This document shows positions 9,595 through 17,647 of a stretch of DNA of 64,000 nt, one piece after another. Position 1 is the stretch's first letter; each line of letters opens with the position of its first letter. Under the pieces are notes generated by a model. That model did not search any database and was not told the DNA's origin. It was given only the letters and a program-made list of their open reading frames with translations. Made by a program: the position numbers and the translations under genes. The DNA lies in the sequence record NZ_CP139428.1; one strand, written 5' to 3'. The DNA is from a plasmid.

Positions 9595-10029
9595 GCATGA
9601 TGCCTGGGCGTGCCCTTCGGGCCCGGCTGTCGTGCTGCGCAGGGAGCCGGCACGCCGTCTCCCCCCTGGCGGGCTTCCATCCGTCACGCGATGGGCACGC
9701 TTGCAGCCGGCGATGCCGGCGCCGCTTTTCACTGTCCCTCGCCCAGGCGAGGAACGCTAAGGTCGCCCCGGCTTGTCGCCGTGTCGGCCGTGTTCCTCCT
9801 CGCTGCGTTTCCGGTGCGCCATCGGACGGCCGTTCCCCGGCGGAGGGCTGTTCGTAGCACCGTCGCGTCGCCCCGCAAGGGGTGAAATGCACTTCACCGA
9901 AAACTTTTTCCAGGTAAAAACTTTTCGTCTCGCCCCTTGCGTGTCTCCTTACGCCGTTGCTCCGTCGCCCTTTGCCGCCAGGGAACTCACCGAACGATGG
10001 AATAACCACCAGAGAGGAGCAAGAGCAGG
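9595..10029 (+). repeat. Repeat family copy R3 (candidate single-strand promoter plus leader)
   Basis: Most similar to R2. Hairpins GCCGGC-gat-GCCGGC, CCTCGCC-cag-GCGAGG and GGTGAA-atgcac-TTCACC. Confidence 0.6.
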
Positions 10030-10401
10030 ATGAACACGCAAAACGTCAACACCGCCACCAAAGAATCTTCCAAACGATGGGCGGGAAAATACCCCGATGC
10101 GGAAAACATCATGATCCGTCAACTGGCATTGATGGAGGAATTACACGGCGTGTATTTGTCCCCTGACGAACTGGCGCAATCGCTGTATGAAATTTTTAAC
10201 ACGATGACGGATCGGGTGGTGTTTAACGGCGTCGATAACTCGCCGTCCGATAAACCGAAAATTGCGTATGCCGTCGCGCAACATTGGATTAAGGCGCAGC
10301 GTCTGGCCGGTACGTATTTTGGCGAGACCGGCATCGTTGCCTGGGAACATGCGCGTTATCGGCTGCACCTTCAGCTGGCTATCAATCACTCATACCGTTA
10401 A
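10030..10401 (+). CDS. Hypothetical protein (cassette ORF 3) beginning MNTQNVNTA
   Basis: ORF directly after R3. Confidence 0.45.
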   Translation: MNTQNVNTATKESSKRWAGKYPDAENIMIRQLALMEELHGVYLSPDELAQSLYEIFNTMTDRVVFNGVDNSPSDKPKIAYAVAQHWIKAQRLAGTYFGETGIVAWEHARYRLHLQLAINHSYR

Positions 10402-10457
10402 TTCATCGCCGGTCTAAAAAAAGTGTCCGGCATTACTCAAAGAGAAAGGAGAATATC

Positions 10458-11285
10458 ATGCGTCTGACTTCCCGTTTTGGCCGTTATAACGCTATCCGTA
10501 AAGACCGTCCATTAACCAACGACGAATTAATGAACGTGGTGCCGAGTGTGTTTTCAGAAGATAAACACGATTCGCGCAGTGACCGCTATACGTATATTCC
10601 CACCATTACGCTGCTGGATAAATTACGCGAGGAAGGTTTTCAGCCGTTTTATGCCTGCCAGACGCGCGTCCGGGATGAAAGCAAACGCGGCCATACCAAA
10701 CACATGCTGCGGCTGCGTCGGGAAAATATGATTGTCTCCGGCAATAAGGAAGTCCCCGAAATCGTATTATTGAACAGCCACGACGGGAGCAGCAGTTACC
10801 AAATGATCCCGGGGATGTTCCGCTATGTCTGTGCTAACGGAATGGTATTTGGTCAATCGTTCGGTGATGTTCGTGTGCCGCATAAAGGGGATGTGGTCGG
10901 GCAGGTGATTGAGGGCGCCTATGAAGTGCTCGGCATATTTGACCGCGTCGATAATGACCTCGATACCATGAAATGCATTTCACTGACCGAGCGCGACCAG
11001 GAATTATTTGCGCGGGCGGCGTTAAGTTATCGCTACGAGTATGAAGATAAATCCCCGATCACGCCATCGCAAGTTTTGCGTCCGCGTCGGCGTGAAGATT
11101 ACGGCAATGATTTATGGACGACATTCCAGCGCGTTCAGGAAAACATGATTAAAGGCGGATTACCCGGTAAAAGCGTGACCGGTAAAAATACCCGTACTCG
11201 GGCGGTCAACGGTATCGATGGCGATATAAAACTGAACCGTGCGTTATGGCTGATTGCGGATGAATTCAAAAACCGAATGAAGTAA
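10458..11285 (+). CDS. DUF932-family protein (YfjQ/YafZ-like), common in plasmid leading regions and CP4-57-like islands
   Basis: N-terminus MRLTSRFGRYNAIRKDRPLT and length about 275 aa match my memory of the E. coli YfjQ family. Confidence 0.65.
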   Translation: MRLTSRFGRYNAIRKDRPLTNDELMNVVPSVFSEDKHDSRSDRYTYIPTITLLDKLREEGFQPFYACQTRVRDESKRGHTKHMLRLRRENMIVSGNKEVPEIVLLNSHDGSSSYQMIPGMFRYVCANGMVFGQSFGDVRVPHKGDVVGQVIEGAYEVLGIFDRVDNDLDTMKCISLTERDQELFARAALSYRYEYEDKSPITPSQVLRPRRREDYGNDLWTTFQRVQENMIKGGLPGKSVTGKNTRTRAVNGIDGDIKLNRALWLIADEFKNRMK

Positions 11286-11386
11286 CAGGTTGCCCCGGTA
11301 ATGACGCCCATCAATACCGGGGCCGAACACTGCTACAGAACGTACAGTTAATACAACGCGGACAGTATGAAATAACGAGGTGAAAG

Positions 11387-11683
11387 ATGCAAACGGAAAA
11401 TTTACGGGTATGCAGTACGGCACATTTTACATCGGAAGATAACGAGCTGTTAGCGACAATGGCAGGGCAGGCGGGTCTTAGTTCCTGGGTGGTTAACATC
11501 CAGTACGGTTATATTCTGGTGCTGACGGATTATCGCTGGCGGCTGCGGGTATTAAAGTCGCAAGGAGCGTCAAAACCGCTGAGGCGGTTTCTAATTCACC
11601 AGATAAAATATCACCGTACAGGCTACATCCATTTTGATTGTGATGCATCCATTCTTGCCGGCCACGAGGTTTTTGAGTGGTAG
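11387..11683 (+). CDS. Small hypothetical protein
   Basis: ORF only. Confidence 0.3.
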   Translation: MQTENLRVCSTAHFTSEDNELLATMAGQAGLSSWVVNIQYGYILVLTDYRWRLRVLKSQGASKPLRRFLIHQIKYHRTGYIHFDCDASILAGHEVFEW

Positions 11684-11970
11684 CGCGCTGATAAGAGTCG
11701 TCCCCATCGAGGGGGCGTCTCTTATTCTCCCCGCCCGCCCAGCGGGAAATAAATTTCCCGCTCCCGCTGCCCCAAAGGGGCGCCCTGGTTAGCACCCAAA
11801 AAACGGTAACGTTTTTTGGTGGTGTTCGTTAACTTTGCGATCCGCTTACCCACATCTACACAATCGACGTTATTTCACCTTGCCCCGGTGAAATAACCGC
11901 TCCCGTTCGTTTCCCATTAAGGGGAATGGGAAACCTCACTGGCTTTGTCTTATGTGCATATGTGGATAAA

Positions 11971-12441
11971 CTACGGGTTCTGGACGAGGAGGGGTTGCTG
12001 CTTGCTGGCTTTTATCGCCCGGTAGGTCTTTTCGATTTTGCGTGCATACTTATAACGTCGTTGCGCCTGCTTAGGCGAATCTTTAAATCCTGCATTATAA
12101 GCCCCCACTGCCTGCCAGGTCGCTCCCCACTTCTTAAAGGCAATCGCGAGATAATAAGCACCGGTGTAGATGTTCATGCACGGATCTTGCTTCAGGTGAC
12201 GTTCTGAAACCCCAATCGATGAGAGCGAGTTAAAGTGCTGGGAGTCAATTTGCATTAACCCGACGCCGTACCCTGTTGTAGGATTTGGGCCGATAGCCAC
12301 GGGATTAAACCGTGACTCGTTCCATGAAATAGCACGCAGCAGATCCGGGTCGATGTGATAATCACGACCCGCCATGTCAAAACAATCAGCCATAGCGGCC
12401 GTTGAACTGAATAGCATTAACGCTGCGATGAGGTTCTTCAT
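11971..12441 (-). CDS. Lytic transglycosylase of the F orf169 / R1 P19 type, with signal peptide
   Basis: [10 protein letters not shown] ... GLMQI (the E-S ... GLMQ Slt catalytic motif), an N-terminal signal sequence, and a position adjacent to oriT. Confidence 0.8.
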   Translation of the reverse strand: MKNLIAALMLFSSTAAMADCFDMAGRDYHIDPDLLRAISWNESRFNPVAIGPNPTTGYGVGLMQIDSQHFNSLSSIGVSERHLKQDPCMNIYTGAYYLAIAFKKWGATWQAVGAYNAGFKDSPKQAQRRYKYARKIEKTYRAIKASKQQPLLVQNP

Positions 12442-12449
12442 GGTATCCT

Positions 12450-12860
12450 TAAAATCCCTAGCCCTGGTGAAAATCTAGCCTTTTCGGGATCTCGAGTCAA
12501 CAAATTCGCGCTCTTTGGGGTAACAGCATCACACCCCACGCAAAATTGTATTTTTCAGAATTATTATTTTAAAACAGTTGGTTACGCGCTTTAAGTTGTT
12601 GTTGTATTTTTACATGGCAAGAGATTAGAGTTGTAAAGGACTCTAACTAGAGTCGTTATTCAAGTTTATACACAACTCTACATAGAGTTATCACTAAATT
12701 TCAAATAGATAAACAGACTCGACCCTAGAGGCGAGTTGTATTTTTTTGCTTTTATAGTTATCATTAGACTCGCAATTAGAGTCGGATTTGATTCGTGCAT
12801 GCCAACTCAAAATACATACAGATTATCTGTCAGCTAATAATGTCATGGAGTAAAAATTAT
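12450..12860 (-). other. Origin of transfer (oriT) of F type. The nic site is on the minus strand near 12530, and transfer proceeds toward lower coordinates.
   Basis: The reverse complement of 12519-12548 reads TTTGCGTGGGGTGT/GATGCT. This matches the F nic consensus TTTGCGTGGGGTGT/GGTGCT. The region is AT-rich and is followed by TraM operators. Confidence 0.7.
12620..12790. promoter_or_regulatory. TraM binding sites: four GACTC-N6-GAGTC inverted repeats upstream of traM
   Basis: GACTCtaactaGAGTC, aACTCtacataGAGTt, GACTCgaccctagagGCGAGT and GACTCgcaattaGAGTC. Confidence 0.55.
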
Positions 12861-13259
12861 ATGGCAAGAATTCAAGCATATGTCAGCAAGGAGGCGGTTG
12901 AAAAGATTCATGCAATTGTTGAACAGCGCCGTCAAGAAGGGGCTGCTGAAACTGAAGTAAGTACATCTAGTGTTATTTCTATGCTTCTTGAACTCGGTCT
13001 CAGAGTCTATGAGGCACAGATGGAAAGAAAAGATGACCCTTTTAATCAGACGGAGTTTAACAAAACTCTTTTGGAAAACGTATTGAAAACTCAACTTGCA
13101 ATGGCAAAGGTTCTTGGTGCAAGTACTCTAGCTCCACATGTTGCAGATAAACCAAAACTTAATAACTATCAGCAGATCATTTCAGAAATAAACGAATCTG
13201 TTAATGATAAGTTAGAGAGATTTTTTATTGGTGTTGATTCAGATAGTACTAACGAATGA
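12861..13259 (+). CDS. traM: TraM relaxosome accessory protein
   Basis: MARIQAYVSKEAVEKIHAIVEQRRQEG ... SMLLELGLRVYEAQMERK aligns closely with F TraM MAKVNLYISNDAYEKINAIIEKRRQEG ... SMLLELGLRVHEAQMERK. Confidence 0.85.
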   Translation: MARIQAYVSKEAVEKIHAIVEQRRQEGAAETEVSTSSVISMLLELGLRVYEAQMERKDDPFNQTEFNKTLLENVLKTQLAMAKVLGASTLAPHVADKPKLNNYQQIISEINESVNDKLERFFIGVDSDSTNE

Positions 13260-13325
13260 ACTATCATCAATAACTTAATTACCTCATGCCTCCTTTGGGA
13301 GTGAGGTAATTATGCTTGCTGATTT

Positions 13326-13688
13326 CTATTTGTTTAGACAGTCAATTATTTCAATTGCTAGTCGTTTGGCATCTTCAACTTTTTTAGCTAATTTTTTCTC
13401 TTCTATTACTGAACTGTAGAATTTATTTTTGGAGGGATTTGTTCTGTTTCTATGCATTTCAAGAAGATCTGTCGCTAAATCATCATCTATCGTATAGAAG
13501 TAATACTCTGGGTAATCCAATAAGTTGGCTATTTTTACTACTAAGCTGAAAGGTGGTTCTGTTCTGCCGACTTCGTAACTTGACAGTCTTGAGCTTGAAT
13601 TGGCCCCTTGTATACCTACAAGTTCAGCTAACTGCTCCTGTGTATAACCACTTGATATTCTGGCATCTTTTAGTCTTTTTGGTATCAT
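13326..13688 (-). CDS. HTH XRE-family transcriptional regulator (Cro/cI-like)
   Basis: GYTQEQLAELVGIQGANSSSRLSSYEVGRTEPP helix-turn-helix. RBS AAGGAGG lies before the ATG at 13688. Divergent from the next regulator. Confidence 0.65.
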   Translation of the reverse strand: MIPKRLKDARISSGYTQEQLAELVGIQGANSSSRLSSYEVGRTEPPFSLVVKIANLLDYPEYYFYTIDDDLATDLLEMHRNRTNPSKNKFYSSVIEEKKLAKKVEDAKRLAIEIIDCLNK

Positions 13689-13859
13689 GGTCCCCTCCTT
13701 TATTATGATTTTACATAGTGTTAGGAGGTGAAAAATCCACATAATCAAGAACTGTTGATAATGTGTAGTTCATGCTGTGCTATGTTTATTTCATCATCTG
13801 ATGTCTTTCATGTATCATCTTTTGACTAACCATCACTATTATTTGATCATGAGTATGCC

Positions 13860-14456
13860 ATGAATAATACCGAGATAATAAAAAAGAATATAAATTACCT
13901 TCTTTCTTCGAGAAAGGAAACACAAGTTTCTTTGAGTGATGGTGCCGGTGTTAATCGAACTACTATATATAAGATCCTTGAAGGTAGGGTAGAGCGCGTT
14001 CAAGAAAATACTCTTCGAAAAGTAGCCGGATTCTTTGGTGTTTCATTTAAAGAAATTCAATCTGTTGATTTACAAGAAAAGGAGTTATCTAATAAGTTAG
14101 TAACCATTGATGGTAACATGAACCCGTTGGCGGTTCCGATTATTAAAGATACAACTATACTCTCAGCAGTAAATGCAAAAATTGGACGGTTAGTTATGTC
14201 GTCACCTATAACTTATTTCTTCGGTGAAGGTCCTAATGTAGTTGGAATACTTCTAACAAAAGAGATAAAAGGATACTATAATAAAGGTGATGTGATCATC
14301 GTTCGCCGTGAGGCTATCATTCATGAGGCAAATGTTCTTGTGGTTACTTCAAGCAAAAGTTTAAAGGTGATTGATGGTAGTTCGGCTCATTTAGTTGCTG
14401 AGGATGTTGTTGGTACAATAATCGAGGAAAGGTATGGAAGCGAATATAAAATATAA
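13860..14456 (+). CDS. LexA/cI-like repressor: N-terminal XRE HTH plus C-terminal S24 peptidase-like domain
   Basis: N-terminal HTH (VNRTTIYKILEG). The C-terminal VMSSP ... KGDVIIVRREAIIHEANVLVVTSSKSLKVI block resembles the LexA/cI autocleavage domain. Confidence 0.55.
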   Translation: MNNTEIIKKNINYLLSSRKETQVSLSDGAGVNRTTIYKILEGRVERVQENTLRKVAGFFGVSFKEIQSVDLQEKELSNKLVTIDGNMNPLAVPIIKDTTILSAVNAKIGRLVMSSPITYFFGEGPNVVGILLTKEIKGYYNKGDVIIVRREAIIHEANVLVVTSSKSLKVIDGSSAHLVAEDVVGTIIEERYGSEYKI

Positions 14457-15291
14457 GCTAATTGGATTTGATATCCTCAATGGAAAAGCTAACGTTATGG
14501 TGTTGAATACTGGGCGGGTTATGTCAATGCCATACGAAAGACTACTATCTTCAGAGGTGATTGATGATTTTAACGCTAGAGAAGTGTCGGCGGTTTGTCG
14601 AAAAATATATAGCTCTGGTGAAAGTGTTAAAACTGAATATGAGTTTAAAGATAGAAATGAAAAGCAGTGGTTAACTTATGTTGCTTTTTGTTTGGTTATT
14701 AGTGTTTGTTATATATTTAGTAATATAGCTGCAGTCAAACCAGTTCACATACAATACTTTGATCTTATCATTACGCCTGGTACTTTTGTTTACCCGTTTA
14801 CATTCTTAGTAGTAGATCTTCTGAATGAATTTTATGGATTTAGGCTGGCAAGAAAAGCCATCTATATGTGTGTTGTTGCTAATGCGGCAATATTAGGGTT
14901 GCTTTATGTTTCTCTGAAGTTACCTGTTATACCTGAATGGATATTCAATGGTCCATATAATAGCCTTATTAATCAAATACAATCAACATTTCTTGCATCA
15001 ACTATAGCATTTCTTACCTCCGAGCTGGCTAATTCATATGTGCTTTGTAAAATCAAAGAACTGACTAATTCTCGCTACTTATATATAAGGATTCTTTCCA
15101 GTATATTCGTGGCCTCTGTTATAGATAGTGTTGTCTTTTGTTTCATAGCTTTCAGTGGTTTGATGACAAACGAACAAATAATAGGAATTATCGCCGTTCA
15201 AGTAATAATTAAGTTAGCGTATGCACTTGTTAATGTTTTTCCTGCGTATGGAGCAAGGTATCTATTTAATAAATACCTCACTCAAGAATAA
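14434..15291 (+). CDS. yhhQ: YhhQ-family (DUF165) queuosine-precursor transporter with an extra N-terminal domain of about 85 aa
   Basis: YPFTFLVVDLLNEFYGFRLARKAIY and the C-terminal VQVIIKLAYALVNVFPAYG segment align with E. coli YhhQ FPFIFLATDLTVRIFGAPLARRIIF ... VDYCFKVLISIVFFLPMYG. Confidence 0.65.
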   Translation: MEANIKYKLIGFDILNGKANVMVLNTGRVMSMPYERLLSSEVIDDFNAREVSAVCRKIYSSGESVKTEYEFKDRNEKQWLTYVAFCLVISVCYIFSNIAAVKPVHIQYFDLIITPGTFVYPFTFLVVDLLNEFYGFRLARKAIYMCVVANAAILGLLYVSLKLPVIPEWIFNGPYNSLINQIQSTFLASTIAFLTSELANSYVLCKIKELTNSRYLYIRILSSIFVASVIDSVVFCFIAFSGLMTNEQIIGIIAVQVIIKLAYALVNVFPAYGARYLFNKYLTQE

Positions 15292-15302
15292 TATTTAATT
15301 AG

Positions 15303-16004
15303 TCATAAGGCCTGTTTTTTTTGCAGGCTTTTTTTTATTTCTTCTTTGTTTTGTACGTATTCATTAAACCCTCTCAATCGTAGAAAACATGCGTCGCATT
15401 TCCCACACCCAAAACTTTTAACTCCATTGTAACAAGTTAAAGTTTCATCTCTGATGAGTTCCAAACATCCCATATTGTCTGCTAATGCCCATGTTTCAGC
15501 TTTGTTTAATGACATTAGTGGCGTTACAAACTTGATATCTCTTCCTATTCCTAAACTTACTGCGTGGTTTAACGCTTTCACAAAAACATCACGGCAGTCC
15601 GGGTATCCTGAAAAATCAGTCTCACAAACACCTGTTATTACGTCTTTCGCATTTACTTGAAATGCATAGATGGCGGCAAGGGTAAGGAATACGATGTTTC
15701 TGCCAGGAACAAACGTTGATGGTATTCCATCCGAATCAGCATTTTTGTGCTCGGGCACTTCAATCTCATTTCTAGTCAAACTACTTATTGCTAACTCATT
15801 GATTACATTAACATCTAGAATTTTATGTGAGCTTACGTTTAGCTTCTTTGCAAGTTGCTCCGCTATTTTAATTTCTTCACTGTGGCGCTGGCCGTAGTCG
15901 AAGGTTAAACAGTGCACGGAGTCATACTCAGCGAGAGCCTTCACTAAGCATGTAGTTGAATCTTGACCTCCACTGAATACAACTACTGCTGTTTTTCCTG
16001 ACAT
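15303..16004 (-). CDS. queC: 7-cyano-7-deazaguanine synthase QueC
   Basis: [16 protein letters not shown]-loop and C-terminal CxxC zinc motifs, 233 aa. Confidence 0.9.
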   Translation of the reverse strand: MSGKTAVVVFSGGQDSTTCLVKALAEYDSVHCLTFDYGQRHSEEIKIAEQLAKKLNVSSHKILDVNVINELAISSLTRNEIEVPEHKNADSDGIPSTFVPGRNIVFLTLAAIYAFQVNAKDVITGVCETDFSGYPDCRDVFVKALNHAVSLGIGRDIKFVTPLMSLNKAETWALADNMGCLELIRDETLTCYNGVKSFGCGKCDACFLRLRGFNEYVQNKEEIKKSLQKKQAL

Positions 16005-16387
16005 ATAAACTCCTTATTATTCAATTCGATGAAATTAAAAAGCATCATATGGTGCGTTTTGTGTTGCTTTGTTGTTGGATGTATTCTACAGTTTCATTGT
16101 TTTAGTTCAATCAGTCAAACCATTGGTAGCTGTAGAAGGTCATCTCGTAGAACAAATACATCACACTCATACCGCGAGATTAAGCTTTAATCTAATGATT
16201 TTATTGTTTTTTTTTGTGATTTGACTTCAGGTGGTTACATCAAAAACAGCTTATTTTTTATCAAAATATCTTTAATTTTCATAATGTAAGGGGGTGCTTC
16301 CAACTGTTCAAATAATCTCATTTCATACTAAGCCAAGGATGTTTCTCTATTGCATCCAAAGATTTACCTCATTCAAGGATAATTTAA

Positions 16388-16756
16388 ATGAATGCTTCAT
16401 TAAGCGCTCAGGGGCCTTCTGTTGCCCAACGTCAGGGATTTTCACTTCGTAAGCTGTTTTCTCGGCAACGCGTCGTGAATTTCCTCAAGGTGATCCTGCC
16501 GTTTGCCGTACTGGCCTCGTTCTTCCCGGAAGTGGCTCTCGCCGCCGGTGCTGGCGGTAAGGATATGCTGAAATCCGGCGATGCCGATGTGAAGGCAACG
16601 GCAGGCTCCGGTTCCACCATGGTCAAATGGATCGTCCTGGTCGAAGTGTTGGTTGGTGCCGTGATGTATATGGCCACCAAAAACCTTAAATACCTCTCCG
16701 GCTTCATCGTGGTCTCTGTTCTGATCGCGGTGGGGATGAAAGTCGCCGGGTATTAA
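16388..16756 (+). CDS. traA: F-type propilin TraA
   Basis: Near-identical C-terminal half to F TraA: [28 protein letters not shown] versus [28 protein letters not shown]. Confidence 0.9.
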   Translation: MNASLSAQGPSVAQRQGFSLRKLFSRQRVVNFLKVILPFAVLASFFPEVALAAGAGGKDMLKSGDADVKATAGSGSTMVKWIVLVEVLVGAVMYMATKNLKYLSGFIVVSVLIAVGMKVAGY

Positions 16757-16767
16757 TCGGGGGCGGT

Positions 16768-17073
16768 ATGTCGGGAAACGATCTGAATAAATACCGTTTC
16801 CCGAAAACACTGAGAACACAAGACCGCTGGTTTGGGTTTTGTCTTGATGAATTAATCCCCGTGGCTATTACTGGCGGCTGGTTTATCTGGCAGCAGAAAT
16901 ATATCACGGGGATTATTTTGGCGGCGCTGGTGTTCTGGGCCATTCACAAAGCCAAAAAGGGGAAGGGCAGTAGCTGGCTGCGTGACCTTGCATATTGGTA
17001 TTTACCGACCTCGCTCGGCAAAGGTGTCTACAAGGTCGTCCCTGAATCGTGTTTTCGGAAATGGATAAAATAG
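16768..17073 (+). CDS. traL: TraL
   Basis: [16 protein letters not shown] ... [15 protein letters not shown] matches F TraL. Confidence 0.85.
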   Translation: MSGNDLNKYRFPKTLRTQDRWFGFCLDELIPVAITGGWFIWQQKYITGIILAALVFWAIHKAKKGKGSSWLRDLAYWYLPTSLGKGVYKVVPESCFRKWIK

Positions 17074-17083
17074 GCAGGCGATA

Positions 17084-17647
17084 ATGGAACACTCAGCACG
17101 TCTCAACTCAAATCGTATTATTGCCATCGGCTTTATTGTCATGGCGCTGTTGATTGCTGCGCTGACGGTGGCCGTCATTATCATGGCTATCAACAACTAT
17201 CGCCTGCAGAACGAAAAACAGGTGGTGGCAGTTCCCATGTTGTTCAAGGCGCCGTTCGGCGTCTCTCAAAACAGCGCTGATGCATCGTATCTCGAGCAAA
17301 TGGCGCTCTCCTTTGTCGCGTTACGTCTCAATGTGACCCCTGAGACGGTCAACGCCTCACATTCCACCCTGCTCATGATGGTCAAGCCGGCGGCGCAAAA
17401 CGCCCTCAAAATCGTCCTGGCAGAAGAAGCCAACCGTATCCGAGCCAGCAACGTCAATGCGGCTTTCTTCCAGACCAGCGTGAAAGTCTATCCCGCCCAG
17501 GGGCGTGTTGATATTCGCGGTGAGCTGCGTACCTGGATCGGTGACAGCGCCCCGGAAAAAGCCCTCAAGCACTACTCCCTTTATATCGATCGCAGCGAGG
17601 GTGTGACCTGGCTGGCCAAGTTCGTCGAGGTAAACGATGAAAACTAA
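17084..17647 (+). CDS. traE: TraE
   Basis: NNYRLQNEKQ ... SQNSADASYLEQMALSF is almost identical to F TraE. Confidence 0.9.
   Translation: MEHSARLNSNRIIAIGFIVMALLIAALTVAVIIMAINNYRLQNEKQVVAVPMLFKAPFGVSQNSADASYLEQMALSFVALRLNVTPETVNASHSTLLMMVKPAAQNALKIVLAEEANRIRASNVNAAFFQTSVKVYPAQGRVDIRGELRTWIGDSAPEKALKHYSLYIDRSEGVTWLAKFVEVNDEN

Noticed and set aside
8841-9680. 279-aa minus-strand ORF overlapping the 3' end of the HsdM-like gene, the terminator and repeat R3
   Set aside because: It spans a terminator hairpin and a conserved non-coding repeat. It has no RBS. It is treated as spurious.
12795-12860. Upstream extension of the traM ORF, starting with GTG at 12795
   Set aside because: F TraM starts at the equivalent of MARIQ (12861), which has a GGAG RBS. 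The extension would run through the TraM operator repeats.
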